A stretch of DNA of 64,000 bases from Bdellovibrionales bacterium. Lineage in GTDB: Bacteria; Bdellovibrionota; Bdellovibrionia; Bdellovibrionales; Bdellovibrionaceae. Location of the stretch: positions 1-64,000 of the forward strand of contig JANMPT010000075.1 of NCBI GenBank assembly GCA_031370005.1, given 5' to 3'. A model generated the notes under the pieces. The model ran no database searches. It was not told the origin of the DNA and saw only the letters and a program-made list of their open reading frames with translations. This document shows, in pieces, positions 1 through 8,628 of this stretch. The position numbers and the translations under genes were made by a program. Numbering within the stretch: the first letter of the stretch is position 1; each line of letters begins with the position of its first letter.

Positions 1-98
1 CTGGCAATACGGAAGTAGCCTTTTTTGATAAAGCGGCCACCGCTAAGTGCGTGGTGGAGGCAAGAGGGGTTCGAGCAAAGCTTTGGAGAGTAGGACAT
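1..98 (-). mobile_element. 5' end of a putative IS-type transposase (Zn-ribbon N-terminus), truncated by the window edge
   Basis: Manual translation from ATG at 98: MSYSPKLCSNPSCLHHALSGGRFIKKGYFRIA, open to position 1. CxxPxC...KKGYF resembles IS1/IS1595-like N-terminal zinc ribbons. Only 32 codons are visible. Confidence 0.45.
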
Positions 99-378
99 GG
101 GGAGCTTTTGTAGCAAGGCTCACTCCCCTGGCTTTTCCTCCCACGGAGGACAAGAACCGTTTGCTCTGACGAGTTCCGGATACAAAGAAGTGGGCTTCGG
201 AATTAAAAAAGCCCCCTTTCCAGGGACTTTAGGTACAATCATCTGGGGCAGTTTCTAATCCCTAGATAAAAATTCTATGACCCGATGCTAAGTTTTTGAG
301 TTTTAGTAATTACTTCAGACCCGCTCACGGAGCATACGTAAAAGTATACTTAAACACGTATAGAATGATATTGGGGCT

Positions 379-393
379 TGGCCTAGGGTTTGC
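379..393 (+). promoter_or_regulatory. sigma54 (-24/-12) promoter upstream of the trypsin-like protease
   Basis: TGGCCT-agggt-TTGC, GG-N10-GC spacing. Confidence 0.6.
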
Positions 394-417
394 TATGGCA
401 ATCCATAGCCTTTCGAT

Positions 418-1290
418 GTGGAGTTTTTTGTGATCAAGTTATTTGTACAAATTCTGACTATTACAGCACTTACATTCGCTCTCACCGCCTGTACATCAAG
501 TAAAGAAATAACTGAAACAGAACAACCTCAAATCACCAAGATCCTCAACTGCCAGGACAAAGACAGTTCCCATGGAATCATAAATGGCAGTTCCGTTAAC
601 CTTCTTGATCCGGACTCTAAAAGAGCAGTTTTACTTATTATCAAAAAAGGATCAGAAGCTTTTTCCTGCACGGGAGTACCCGTCTCAGATCGTATAATCC
701 TAACGGCAGCTCATTGTGTGAAGGACGTTTCAAAGACTGAAATCACAGTGGTCTTTTATCCAGAGATGACCTGCGCTTCAGGCTATAATATCAGTAAAAC
801 AATTCGCTCCGTTAATACTGTTATTCACAAGGACTATGATGGTACCGCCCAAGCGAATGCAGATCTAGCACTTGTAAAATTGGCATCCACAATCCCAAAT
901 GAGTATTCGGTAGCATCGCTTTACGATGGCAAAAGTGCACTCGATAATGATAAGGTTTTGATGATTGGCTATGGAGTAAGCCAAGAGTCCTTAAATGATT
1001 CGCTTCACTTAAGAAAAACAATAAAAAGCTACAGGTATGATTCTTTAGTTAGAGACCAAAATATTAGCTTCATCCAAAGTGGTGCTAGCGGCGGTGTATG
1101 CAGTGGGGACTCCGGCGGTCCTATTTATGTTGAATCCAAGGGCGAGTACAAATTAATTGCTGTGAACTCTATTGTTTCCGGCAAAAATATAGAAACAGCC
1201 TGTCACGAAGCCAGTATCGCGATGTATACTCCATATTTTACGGAGTGGATTCAAAGCAATATTTTAAAATTAACAATAGGAAATGAATGA
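418..1290 (+). CDS. Trypsin-like (S1) serine protease, probable lipoprotein
   Basis: LTAAHC, DLAL and GDSGGP catalytic triad motifs; lipobox LTAC after a hydrophobic N-terminus. Confidence 0.92.
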   Translation: MEFFVIKLFVQILTITALTFALTACTSSKEITETEQPQITKILNCQDKDSSHGIINGSSVNLLDPDSKRAVLLIIKKGSEAFSCTGVPVSDRIILTAAHCVKDVSKTEITVVFYPEMTCASGYNISKTIRSVNTVIHKDYDGTAQANADLALVKLASTIPNEYSVASLYDGKSALDNDKVLMIGYGVSQESLNDSLHLRKTIKSYRYDSLVRDQNISFIQSGASGGVCSGDSGGPIYVESKGEYKLIAVNSIVSGKNIETACHEASIAMYTPYFTEWIQSNILKLTIGNE

Positions 1291-1312
1291 GCCGTCTGCA
1301 ACAAGACGCTCA
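1288..1312. terminator. Hairpin between convergent genes
   Basis: TGAGCCGTCT-gcaaca-AGACGCTCA imperfect inverted repeat between the stops at 1290 and 1321. Confidence 0.5.
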
Positions 1313-1320
1313 CTCAGGAT

Positions 1321-2862
1321 CTAATCTTGAACATCAAGATAAAGTTTCGGATCCAAGAATGGGAATATTGGTACCTTACTTAATACTGGGTCGAAGGAAA
1401 ATTTAAACATACCAAGGCTCATTATCGAAAATTCTGCGATAATTGTTCCAGAAATATTTCCTTCATAGCGACTCTGGACGATTGGGGCATTAAGTAAAAT
1501 CCTTTCGAAGGAGACATTGCGTCCTTCGACTCGGCAAGAGGCATCGTAAAGGGTGCCGACTTTGGCTTCAATTAGCGCAGCTTCTGCTAAAATTGATTTT
1601 CCGAAAGCTACGGGGTCAGCACTCTGTCGGACATAATTCCCAGAAGTAGACCAAAATGTCGAGTAGCGATTGGCAAGTGAGGACGTGCCATATTTCGAAG
1701 TTTCCGTTGCATAACGACCTGTCGGCTCACAGAAGGCGCCATTTTTTAACGCCGAACCAAGTCCCATACTAATCGACTTGGTGCTTGTGATCTCAAGATT
1801 ACGAGTGTCATCATTACCAGTGTAGGTAATGTTACCGAAAATAAATACAGACCCAATGACATAAAGTCGACAGCCTGTTTTAGAGTTTAACTGTAGGTTG
1901 TCCAAAAGAAGAGGGCCTTGAATCGCCAAGTCTCCTTCACACGAAAGTACTCCGTCGTTTTGGAAGAAGTTTGTTTGATCCTTAAGACCTGAAAGCTCAA
2001 CTGCTCCATCTGAGTTTTTAAAATATTTATATCGATCGCTTGGAACGAGTTTAAATGCAGAAATAATATCAGCGTCCGCAGGAGCTCCAATATATATACT
2101 TTTCTTTTCAATTACTTTAGCTGCCCTCGTTGTCGGCATTGATGACTGTGAAAATTGTGATTTCACGTAATCAGCTAGGGTTGAGAGTTTTAATGCCGAT
2201 GCAATGTTTGCGGGTAAATTAGCTTTCGGGACAATCACTGCTTTATCAGAAGGTATATTTATCGTATTAAAGTTGTTGGCGTGATCCCCATAGACGCTAC
2301 CCATATTCCACCAGCTAGGGCTTGGGGCTTGGCCAAAGTAATACGAATTTTTATAACCAAAATCAGTCACAATATTTGAGGCAACTTGAGCGTGACACTG
2401 GATGCAGCCCATTCCACGCACGGCCAAGGCCGGCTCCAGGGATCGAATGGCGTTGCCAACAAACACTACAACATTAAGTTGGACATCGTTACCAGATTGA
2501 TCTTTAAGATTCACAGTCGCAGAATCTGTACCACGAAATCCAAAATTTGGAGTGTATTTGAGCTTAAAACCACTCTCATCTATAATTTCGAAATTTCCAT
2601 TCAATACCGTACCTGGCTGTGTCGGCTGAAAGACAAACTTAATCCCATTATCGAACGACGTAGCTGGGGGAAGGCCTAGAACGAACTCAACCGGTATATT
2701 CATATCAGTTTCAACTGCAGTGTCTTTACTGGTGAAGGTATGCGCAGCAAGTGAGCTTGCAACTGAAGAGCTTTCGGTAGGTTTAAAATCAACCTTCGAA
2801 CAATTCTGAAAAGGAACAACCAATAAAGTGAACATAGCCACAAGTTTGACTGTTCTTCTCAT
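1321..2862 (-). CDS. Secreted/lipoprotein of unknown function with FQNC N-terminal motif, Ig-like repeat and one CxxCH
   Basis: Start taken at MRRTVK (GGGGAG RBS); signal peptide ends FQNC; YTPNFGFRGTDS resembles a Big_9/cadherin-like repeat; CIQCH motif. Confidence 0.65.
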   Translation of the reverse strand: MRRTVKLVAMFTLLVVPFQNCSKVDFKPTESSSVASSLAAHTFTSKDTAVETDMNIPVEFVLGLPPATSFDNGIKFVFQPTQPGTVLNGNFEIIDESGFKLKYTPNFGFRGTDSATVNLKDQSGNDVQLNVVVFVGNAIRSLEPALAVRGMGCIQCHAQVASNIVTDFGYKNSYYFGQAPSPSWWNMGSVYGDHANNFNTINIPSDKAVIVPKANLPANIASALKLSTLADYVKSQFSQSSMPTTRAAKVIEKKSIYIGAPADADIISAFKLVPSDRYKYFKNSDGAVELSGLKDQTNFFQNDGVLSCEGDLAIQGPLLLDNLQLNSKTGCRLYVIGSVFIFGNITYTGNDDTRNLEITSTKSISMGLGSALKNGAFCEPTGRYATETSKYGTSSLANRYSTFWSTSGNYVRQSADPVAFGKSILAEAALIEAKVGTLYDASCRVEGRNVSFERILLNAPIVQSRYEGNISGTIIAEFSIMSLGMFKFSFDPVLSKVPIFPFLDPKLYLDVQD

Positions 2863-2916
2863 ATAACACTCCCCCAAATAAAACAGGTACTAACCTATCT
2901 TGATTGTATGTTGAGT

Positions 2917-2931
2917 GCAAAGTTACGGCCA
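2917..2931 (-). promoter_or_regulatory. sigma54 promoter for the 1321..2862 gene
   Basis: Minus strand TGGCCG-taact-TTGC. Confidence 0.6.
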
Positions 2932-3023
2932 GCTGAAATGCATTTAAAGCGCCAATCGTCCAATAAAAACTAGACAGTGTTCATGATATCTACAATCTTG
3001 AAATGTATACAGCCAGACGCCGC

Positions 3024-3980
3024 TTAATGAAGACCTTTTTCGAGACTTTTGATTGTCCTCTGAAGCCATGGTTGGGTAATTTTATCTTGATGTACACTCA
3101 AGTAGATAGTTTTACGAACTGGGGGCCATTCTTTAACATTGATAACTCGCAATTTCCCGTCATGGATATGCTGCTGAGCCTGAATATTAGGCAAAAAAAT
3201 CAATTGATCCGTATTTTCAACTACGGACAAACCTATCTCCCCATTGCTAACCTCAGTCAGACGAAGACGCTTTTTTGAAGAAACTGGACAGTTATCGTCC
3301 TCGGTCCTAAATCCTTGTGGACCAAGGCTCGCTGGAGTCACAAAAGGAAATCGCAAAACTTCTTTTTCAGTCACTTTGCTCTGGAGTGAATGATTGGTAT
3401 GCGCACACAATACCCACTCAACCGAGCCCAAAGGATAGCTTTGCCATGTTGAGCCCCAATTAATTTCATCGCAGTGGATTGCGGCATCAAGATGTGCCCG
3501 CGATTCAGTCGCAACCATTTCTGAATTTATCATTTCGATAAGACGCAAAGCCTGGCTTTCTTGTCTTAATGCTTTTGGAAGTCGAGGGGCCACAAGATGA
3601 GTAAGTAAAAACATTGGTCCAGCTATAGTAATAAAGGGCGGTTGATTAAAAGAGCTAAGCTCCGTTTGCCACACCGTCTGTTCCATTAGGGATGTGATTG
3701 ACTTGCTAAATTGTAAAAACTCCAAGCCATCACTGGTTAGAGAAACTCCACGAGCTGATCTTTCTAGCAGTTTCTTGGAAAGATGAGACTCCAGCCGCTG
3801 CATCGCCTTAGTTAAAAATGGCGCTCTAAGTCCCAACTCCCTAGCTGCGGCAGACAATGAGGTGTGTCTGGCCACACTCTCAAAAAGTGAAAGGTCTTGA
3901 AAGCTAATATGTTGAAGTGCATTTCTGAATTCCACTTGGCGTAGCTTAGTAAACTTACCCATCAGTAGCATTATAAACAA
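3024..3980 (-). CDS. LysR-family transcriptional regulator
   Basis: N-terminal HTH (SLSAAARELG...LLERSARGVSLT) plus a substrate-binding domain; the true start is probably downstream of 3980. Confidence 0.9.
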   Translation of the reverse strand: MFIMLLMGKFTKLRQVEFRNALQHISFQDLSLFESVARHTSLSAAARELGLRAPFLTKAMQRLESHLSKKLLERSARGVSLTSDGLEFLQFSKSITSLMEQTVWQTELSSFNQPPFITIAGPMFLLTHLVAPRLPKALRQESQALRLIEMINSEMVATESRAHLDAAIHCDEINWGSTWQSYPLGSVEWVLCAHTNHSLQSKVTEKEVLRFPFVTPASLGPQGFRTEDDNCPVSSKKRLRLTEVSNGEIGLSVVENTDQLIFLPNIQAQQHIHDGKLRVINVKEWPPVRKTIYLSVHQDKITQPWLQRTIKSLEKGLH

Positions 3981-4090
3981 GTATTTCCATTTTTGAAATA
4001 TCTATTTCTACTTTATGGCATAGCCAATCGCATTATATTGCTTTACATTGCGCACAATTAAACAACAACAAGCACAGAGGAGAATAATAA

Positions 4091-4504
4091 ATGAAAGCAT
4101 TACTAACAATAGCAGGTATCTTCTTGGCAGCAGTCGTTGCCCATGCAGAAACAATTGAGTGTGTCTACTCGAACCCACCAAATGCACGTATCATAATTAA
4201 AACGACGCAGCTTGAAGGCGAGAATCACCAGAAGCTTGCGCAAGTTATCCTGCCTGGTGAGAGAAACAGAGTCCTCCTTTATCAGTATGATTCAAACAAT
4301 AATTTCGTCGGCGACAATCAAGGATTTTTCCCAGAAGCAGCATTTCAACTAACAAAAACAGCTTCAGGAGCATTTATTGAAAGCAGCAGATTTGTTTGCG
4401 ATCAATCAGGTAATGACGATGGTGGTGAAGGTTCCGGCGGTAGCGGATGTATCGCTCACCATATTCAGGTAACTCAACATCCATGTGTTATTAAGTCTAA
4501 CTAG
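4091..4504 (+). CDS. Small secreted hypothetical protein, divergent from LysR
   Basis: GAGGAG RBS, signal peptide ending AHA, 4 Cys. Confidence 0.75.
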   Translation: MKALLTIAGIFLAAVVAHAETIECVYSNPPNARIIIKTTQLEGENHQKLAQVILPGERNRVLLYQYDSNNNFVGDNQGFFPEAAFQLTKTASGAFIESSRFVCDQSGNDDGGEGSGGSGCIAHHIQVTQHPCVIKSN

Positions 4505-4513
4505 TCCAGAGCT

Positions 4514-4535
4514 GGGCGTATTTTAAAATACGCCC
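4514..4535 (+). terminator. Rho-independent terminator-like palindrome
   Basis: GGGCGTATTTT/AAAATACGCCC perfect inverted repeat 10 nt after the stop, followed by a pyrimidine run. Confidence 0.7.
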
Positions 4536-4694
4536 CCTCTTTCTATCTAAAAAATCACAAAATAAAATTTCTTTTACCTGGAGCTAACTCAAGGCATAAG
4601 CACTTTCGTTATTTTCCGAACATGTGCTCGGTTAATAGACAACTCTTTGATATAGGTGATTTCTACTCGAAGTGAGATGTTTTTACATTACACA

Positions 4695-4722
4695 TTGCAT
4701 TGTATATACATTGTGATATAGT
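4695..4722 (+). promoter_or_regulatory. sigma70 promoter with operator palindrome for the brnTA-like operon (leaderless)
   Basis: TTGCAT-N16-TATAGT with extended TGn; TGTATATACA palindrome in the spacer; ATG 6 nt after the -10. Confidence 0.7.
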
Positions 4723-4728
4723 GTATTT

Positions 4729-4977
4729 ATGAAGTTCACATGGGACGAAGACAAAAACATCGAGAATCAAATCAAGCACGGAATCAGCTTCGAAGAGACT
4801 GTACCAATGCTTTCAGGAATCGATTTCGAAGTAAAGTATGACTCTGAGCACTCGACTCTCGATGAGGACCGCTTTCACGCCATCGGTAAAATTGAACATC
4901 ATGGTCTTGTGGTCGCGGTCTATGTCGAACTTATCGAAGGTGAGCTTTGCAGAATAATTTCAGCCCACAGGGCATAG
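4729..4977 (+). CDS. brnT: BrnT-family ribonuclease toxin
   Basis: MKFTWDEDKN..N..KHGISFEE...EDRF..IG...RIISA signature. Confidence 0.9.
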   Translation: MKFTWDEDKNIENQIKHGISFEETVPMLSGIDFEVKYDSEHSTLDEDRFHAIGKIEHHGLVVAVYVELIEGELCRIISAHRA

Positions 4978-4984
4978 GTGAAAT

Positions 4985-5254
4985 ATGGCAAATTTAAAAG
5001 AAGCAATGAAAGCCGCTAAAGCAACAGGAAAACCACAGCGAGTCACTGAGCCTACAAAAATTGAAGAGGTGAAGGTAAACCTTTCCGTTCGCCTTGACCT
5101 TGAGACTCTAAATTGGCTTAAGGTTGAGGCGAAGGCCAAAGGACTCCCTTACCAGACGCTCTTAAATTCAATTCTCACTCAGGCAAAGAATACGGGAAGC
5201 GTTGAGGAACGCCTTGCTCGTCTGGAAAACTTAGCCAAGGGCAAGACTGCATAA
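4985..5254 (+). CDS. brnA: BrnA/CopG-type (RHH) antitoxin
   Basis: SVRLD..L.WLK......YQTLLN.IL motif directly downstream of brnT. Confidence 0.85.
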   Translation: MANLKEAMKAAKATGKPQRVTEPTKIEEVKVNLSVRLDLETLNWLKVEAKAKGLPYQTLLNSILTQAKNTGSVEERLARLENLAKGKTA

Positions 5255-5284
5255 TCCCCTTCTGAGACGCTCTTTAAAATAGCT

Positions 5285-5479
5285 TTAGTTTATATGGGGG
5301 CGCTTCCTGATGAGGCGCTTCCGGACGCCATTTATAGGATTGAAATGCTCCTCTCCGGGCTTAAGAACAACAAGCCGTCCTCTAGCAGCGTTAAAGACTG
5401 ACTCACGTTCCTTAAATTCTCGAAGTTCCTTCAGAAATGCATCAATAGCAATTTCGATTTCTTTTACAGTAAATTTCAT
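5285..5479 (-). CDS. Small hypothetical protein (64 aa)
   Basis: ORF with AGGGGG upstream and a sigma28-like promoter. Confidence 0.5.
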   Translation of the reverse strand: MKFTVKEIEIAIDAFLKELREFKERESVFNAARGRLVVLKPGEEHFNPINGVRKRLIRKRPHIN

Positions 5480-5489
5480 CGAACCCCCC

Positions 5490-5516
5490 TGTTCGGCAAT
5501 TTAAACCGCCCCTTGA
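5490..5516 (-). promoter_or_regulatory. sigma28 (FliA)-like promoter
   Basis: Minus strand TCAA-N15-GCCGAACA. Confidence 0.5.
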
Positions 5517-5607
5517 TCATAAACCATCTCTATAAGTATTTATTGACAGAAATTTGACCTAGTTCGTCTCGAAGTGACACAATCTTAATATGCACAGACT
5601 TCTGGTC

Positions 5608-5636
5608 TTTACTTTTTGTCCAGAATACCGTACAGT
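5608..5636 (+). promoter_or_regulatory. sigma70 promoter of the second TA operon (leaderless)
   Basis: TTTACT-N17-TACAGT; ATG 6 nt downstream; no SD. Confidence 0.6.
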
Positions 5637-5642
5637 GTATAA

Positions 5643-5927
5643 ATGAACATCTTTAGATCAGACGAATTTACAGCATGGCTCAAAACTCAAACCCCAAAGG
5701 TTCAAACCCAAATTGAGGAGCGTTTTGTAAAGATTCTGGAAAGCAACCACTTTGGGACAATTAACAAGGTTGGAAAGCATTGCTTTGAGCTGAAATTCAA
5801 TAATGGAAACCGTATCTATTACACGATCAAAAATGACATGTTTTTAATTCTGGGAGGAAATAAAAATGGGCAACAAAAAAACATCAACAAAGCAAACAAA
5901 GTCGCCGAAGCAATCCACTCCTCGTAA
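5643..5927 (+). CDS. RelE/HigB-like addiction module killer protein
   Basis: EF.AWL...FG....VG...ELK...G.RIYY......ILGGNK..Q.K.I pattern. Confidence 0.82.
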   Translation: MNIFRSDEFTAWLKTQTPKVQTQIEERFVKILESNHFGTINKVGKHCFELKFNNGNRIYYTIKNDMFLILGGNKNGQQKNINKANKVAEAIHSS

Positions 5928-6204
5928 AATCGAAGTTGGCGGCATGACCTTCACCGAGCACTCACCCACTCAATGGATGAAAGAAAACTCCGATGTCATG
6001 CTTGCGGGCCTTGTTGAGGCTTTGCGTGATGGCGATAAGGAAGCCGTTCAAGACATCATGGGAGCGCTCATCAGGTCTCAAAATATCGCTAAGATTGCGA
6101 AGAAATCAAAGATCAGCCGGACCTTGATTTATGATGCTATTGATAAAACCAAGAATCCAACACTGGGGACTATCTGCAAGCTCATGCAATCTTTTGCGTC
6201 ATAA
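5866..6204 (+). CDS. HigA-like addiction module antidote protein (XRE HTH)
   Basis: IAKKSKISRTLIYDAI...KNPTLGTI.K HTH; overlaps the toxin gene; exact start uncertain. Confidence 0.8.
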   Translation: MGNKKTSTKQTKSPKQSTPRKIEVGGMTFTEHSPTQWMKENSDVMLAGLVEALRDGDKEAVQDIMGALIRSQNIAKIAKKSKISRTLIYDAIDKTKNPTLGTICKLMQSFAS

Positions 6205-6334
6205 TCCCAATCTGACATGCTATTTAAAATGCACTTTAGTTTATAAACAAATTGGCCGATAATTTGGACGTGTGTGTTCGCGTTGAAGCGAAATTGACGC
6301 AATTTGAAATTTGGCTCTGAAAAACGAAAATAAT

Positions 6335-6410
6335 TGGTGGTCTGTACAAGACTCGAACTTGTGACCTCTCCCATGTCAAGGGAACGCGCTACCAACTGCG
6401 CTAACAGACC
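6335..6410 (-). tRNA. tRNA-Val (GAC)
   Basis: Reverse complement GGTCTGTTAGCGCAGTTGGTAGCGCGTTCCCTTGACATGGGAGAGGTCACAAGTTCGAGTCTTGTACAGACCACCA; cloverleaf, anticodon GAC, encoded CCA. Confidence 0.97.
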
Positions 6411-6492
6411 AATTAAAAGAAATCAAAGACAACACCTTATAGCCCAAGGAGGCTCGAAGATACAACGGAGGCCCTGTGATTGACGTTGCGTA

Positions 6493-7431
6493 TCAATAAA
6501 GTTCAATGCGATCATTCTCTTTAAAGCCTGAGCCTGAGTGAATCACAGCAATAGAGCCATCATTTCCGAAATAGCTAATGACCTCAAGTGTGCCCTTCAG
6601 CCGTCCTGGAACTGTGCCAATATGACCTCCACTTTCAGGGTCATAGACATCGTCCCCTTGCTCTAAGACCTTAAGCAAGTCTCCTACTTGAATGCCGGAA
6701 ATGCGACCCACATTCAAATAAATACGATCGCCATTTAGAGCTGCGATGCGCCCCTCCCAGCTAACCTTGCCGAGTGAACTGAGGACTTGAGGAACAAAAT
6801 CCAAAAAAGCATCGCGAACGACGGCCTCTATTAACTCTGGATTATTTTGCAAAAACTTATCAGTTTCTACTCGCTCGGCGACACGAATTGTGGGCTCTTC
6901 AAGGTTAACCGTTTTTACAGTGTTAAAGATCTCTTGGCCACCATGTGTGCTGACCAAACGAACGCGAATAACTGCTTCAAATTCACTCTTCATTTGACGT
7001 ACAAGACCAACATTATCGGCTTTTCTAGAGACCCGAACATCAAGAATTTTTCCCTCAAGAATAGCATTTGCCCCAAGGCCCTCAGCCTGTTTTGCAATTT
7101 CCTTAAGATCGTACTCACCTTTTTCTGCTGGCTTTAAATGCTCTGACTTCATGTCTCGGCTATCCACCGCAATAACTTCGCCAGACTTATTGAGCTCTTT
7201 AATAAAGGCGCTGCGTGCTTTATCACGGAGATACTCTGGTCGTTTTTCAGAGGAATCTAAAAATGGTAATATTATTACCCTTTTGCGAGGTTGGCCATTG
7301 CCACTCTTTTCAGCGAGAGATTGATCCTTTACTTCCCGCCTAATAATGGGAGTACTGCGATCAATAGTTTGGCAAGCTGCAAACACAAAAGATAAAACAA
7401 AAGACAATGTAATAAAAAAAGATCTCTTCAT
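6493..7431 (-). CDS. Lipoprotein with CsgG/TolB-N-like domain and FlgT C-terminal-like domain
   Basis: Lipobox FAAC; RKRVIILPFLD...AILEGKI; C-terminal GRIAALNGDRIYLNVGR..GI.VGD.L.V. Confidence 0.65.
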   Translation of the reverse strand: MKRSFFITLSFVLSFVFAACQTIDRSTPIIRREVKDQSLAEKSGNGQPRKRVIILPFLDSSEKRPEYLRDKARSAFIKELNKSGEVIAVDSRDMKSEHLKPAEKGEYDLKEIAKQAEGLGANAILEGKILDVRVSRKADNVGLVRQMKSEFEAVIRVRLVSTHGGQEIFNTVKTVNLEEPTIRVAERVETDKFLQNNPELIEAVVRDAFLDFVPQVLSSLGKVSWEGRIAALNGDRIYLNVGRISGIQVGDLLKVLEQGDDVYDPESGGHIGTVPGRLKGTLEVISYFGNDGSIAVIHSGSGFKENDRIELY

Positions 7432-7443
7432 TTTTCTTTTTCC

Positions 7444-8613
7444 TTATCGACTCAATTGCATGGTCACTTCATTATCAGAATAACCCGTTGGATTCCATTT
7501 GCGGCCGTCAATTTCAAGACCACTTAACTTTGAAGCAAAATCTTTTGAATTCAACTGTGTATCCACTTCATAAGCAATTGAACTTGAGGTAATCAGACGT
7601 TCTCGAATATTTCGAATCTCACGCACCTGATTTTTCAATTTCTCTTTGAAAGATTCTTGTTGATTGAGAGGGATTTTTCCGAGAAAAGTGAGCCTCAGAA
7701 TCGCAGTACCCAATGAACCACGCTGCCAAGCCTCGTAAACCTGAGATGCCAATTCTTGAGTCGTAGCATCTATGATTTCATGGACTTTTTTGTCCACCGA
7801 GGCCTCAAAAACTCCCATCTCAGTTTCGAACTTTCGCGACACATCTGCAATCGGTCGGCCATTACTAACTTGTAAGGCCAATAGTTTTATTTCAATGTGA
7901 TAACGATTAGAGGCTTCTGAACTTTTTGTGTACTGAACTTGCCCTTCGATCATCAGAGGTGCTCCAAAGTATTGACTGAGGAACTGCATATCATCAAGAC
8001 TGAGGCGTTCGTTTTGATAACTTCTTGGAATTTGTAGCCCCAAAGGTAAGGTCTTGATTAAATAGAAATTATACTTTTGGAAGGCACTACGAAGTGCATT
8101 TTCGAACTGACGATTCTGAGAGATCAAGAAGGGCTTGCCAGCCCCTCCATCTTGCTTCCACCAGCGAAAGCTCTTAAGTTCAACCTTATCAATAAAACTA
8201 ATCAGGGGCAAAACCAAAGGGACAGTGTCATTTTCAGAAAGCAATGAGTGCTCTTGAAGTAGAATCTTTAAATCCTTTATAGAAACCTTTAAAACAACCG
8301 TCATTTTATAGGTCTTTCCCTCTAGCGTGAGTTCGCTGGGCTTTGTAAATGGGATGTAACGATTGGAAATTTTTTCCACTTTGTTTTGAATCAGAGTTTT
8401 ATTCTTAGCGTATCGTTCTTCACCGATGAGCTCTTTGATCAGCTCAGTTGAAATTTTTTTTGCCGCCTGCTCTTGGATGTCCCTTTTTGCTGCCTGAGGT
8501 ATTGCCTCATTGGAGGTTCCAGTATAACTTCTTTCAATCAGGTCCATTGGCTGGGCAAACACTGCTTGAGAGCAAGTTATTAGTCCCACAAAGAGCATCA
8601 ATACTTTCCTCAT
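7444..8613 (-). CDS. Secreted hypothetical protein, possibly FlgT-N/LPP20-like
   Basis: Signal peptide ending VFA; 389 aa; in an operon between dnaE and the lipoprotein. Confidence 0.55.
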   Translation of the reverse strand: MRKVLMLFVGLITCSQAVFAQPMDLIERSYTGTSNEAIPQAAKRDIQEQAAKKISTELIKELIGEERYAKNKTLIQNKVEKISNRYIPFTKPSELTLEGKTYKMTVVLKVSIKDLKILLQEHSLLSENDTVPLVLPLISFIDKVELKSFRWWKQDGGAGKPFLISQNRQFENALRSAFQKYNFYLIKTLPLGLQIPRSYQNERLSLDDMQFLSQYFGAPLMIEGQVQYTKSSEASNRYHIEIKLLALQVSNGRPIADVSRKFETEMGVFEASVDKKVHEIIDATTQELASQVYEAWQRGSLGTAILRLTFLGKIPLNQQESFKEKLKNQVREIRNIRERLITSSSIAYEVDTQLNSKDFASKLSGLEIDGRKWNPTGYSDNEVTMQLSR

Positions 8614-8628
8614 AACTATCCTTGTCCT

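Noticed and set aside
85..100. GGAGAGTAGGACAT resembles the 3' end of 5S rRNA
   Set aside because: No other 5S features or terminal helix; better explained as the antisense of the ORF starting at 98
6236..6262. sigma28-like TTAG...GCCGATAA
   Set aside because: No sense gene downstream (only the antisense of the tRNA); cannot be supported
1..6334. att duplication of the tRNA-Val 3' end or an integrase
   Set aside because: Neither was seen in the window, so no intact integrative element is called
6129..6395. 88-aa minus-strand ORF in the track
   Set aside because: Begins inside tRNA-Val and runs antisense to the antitoxin; spurious
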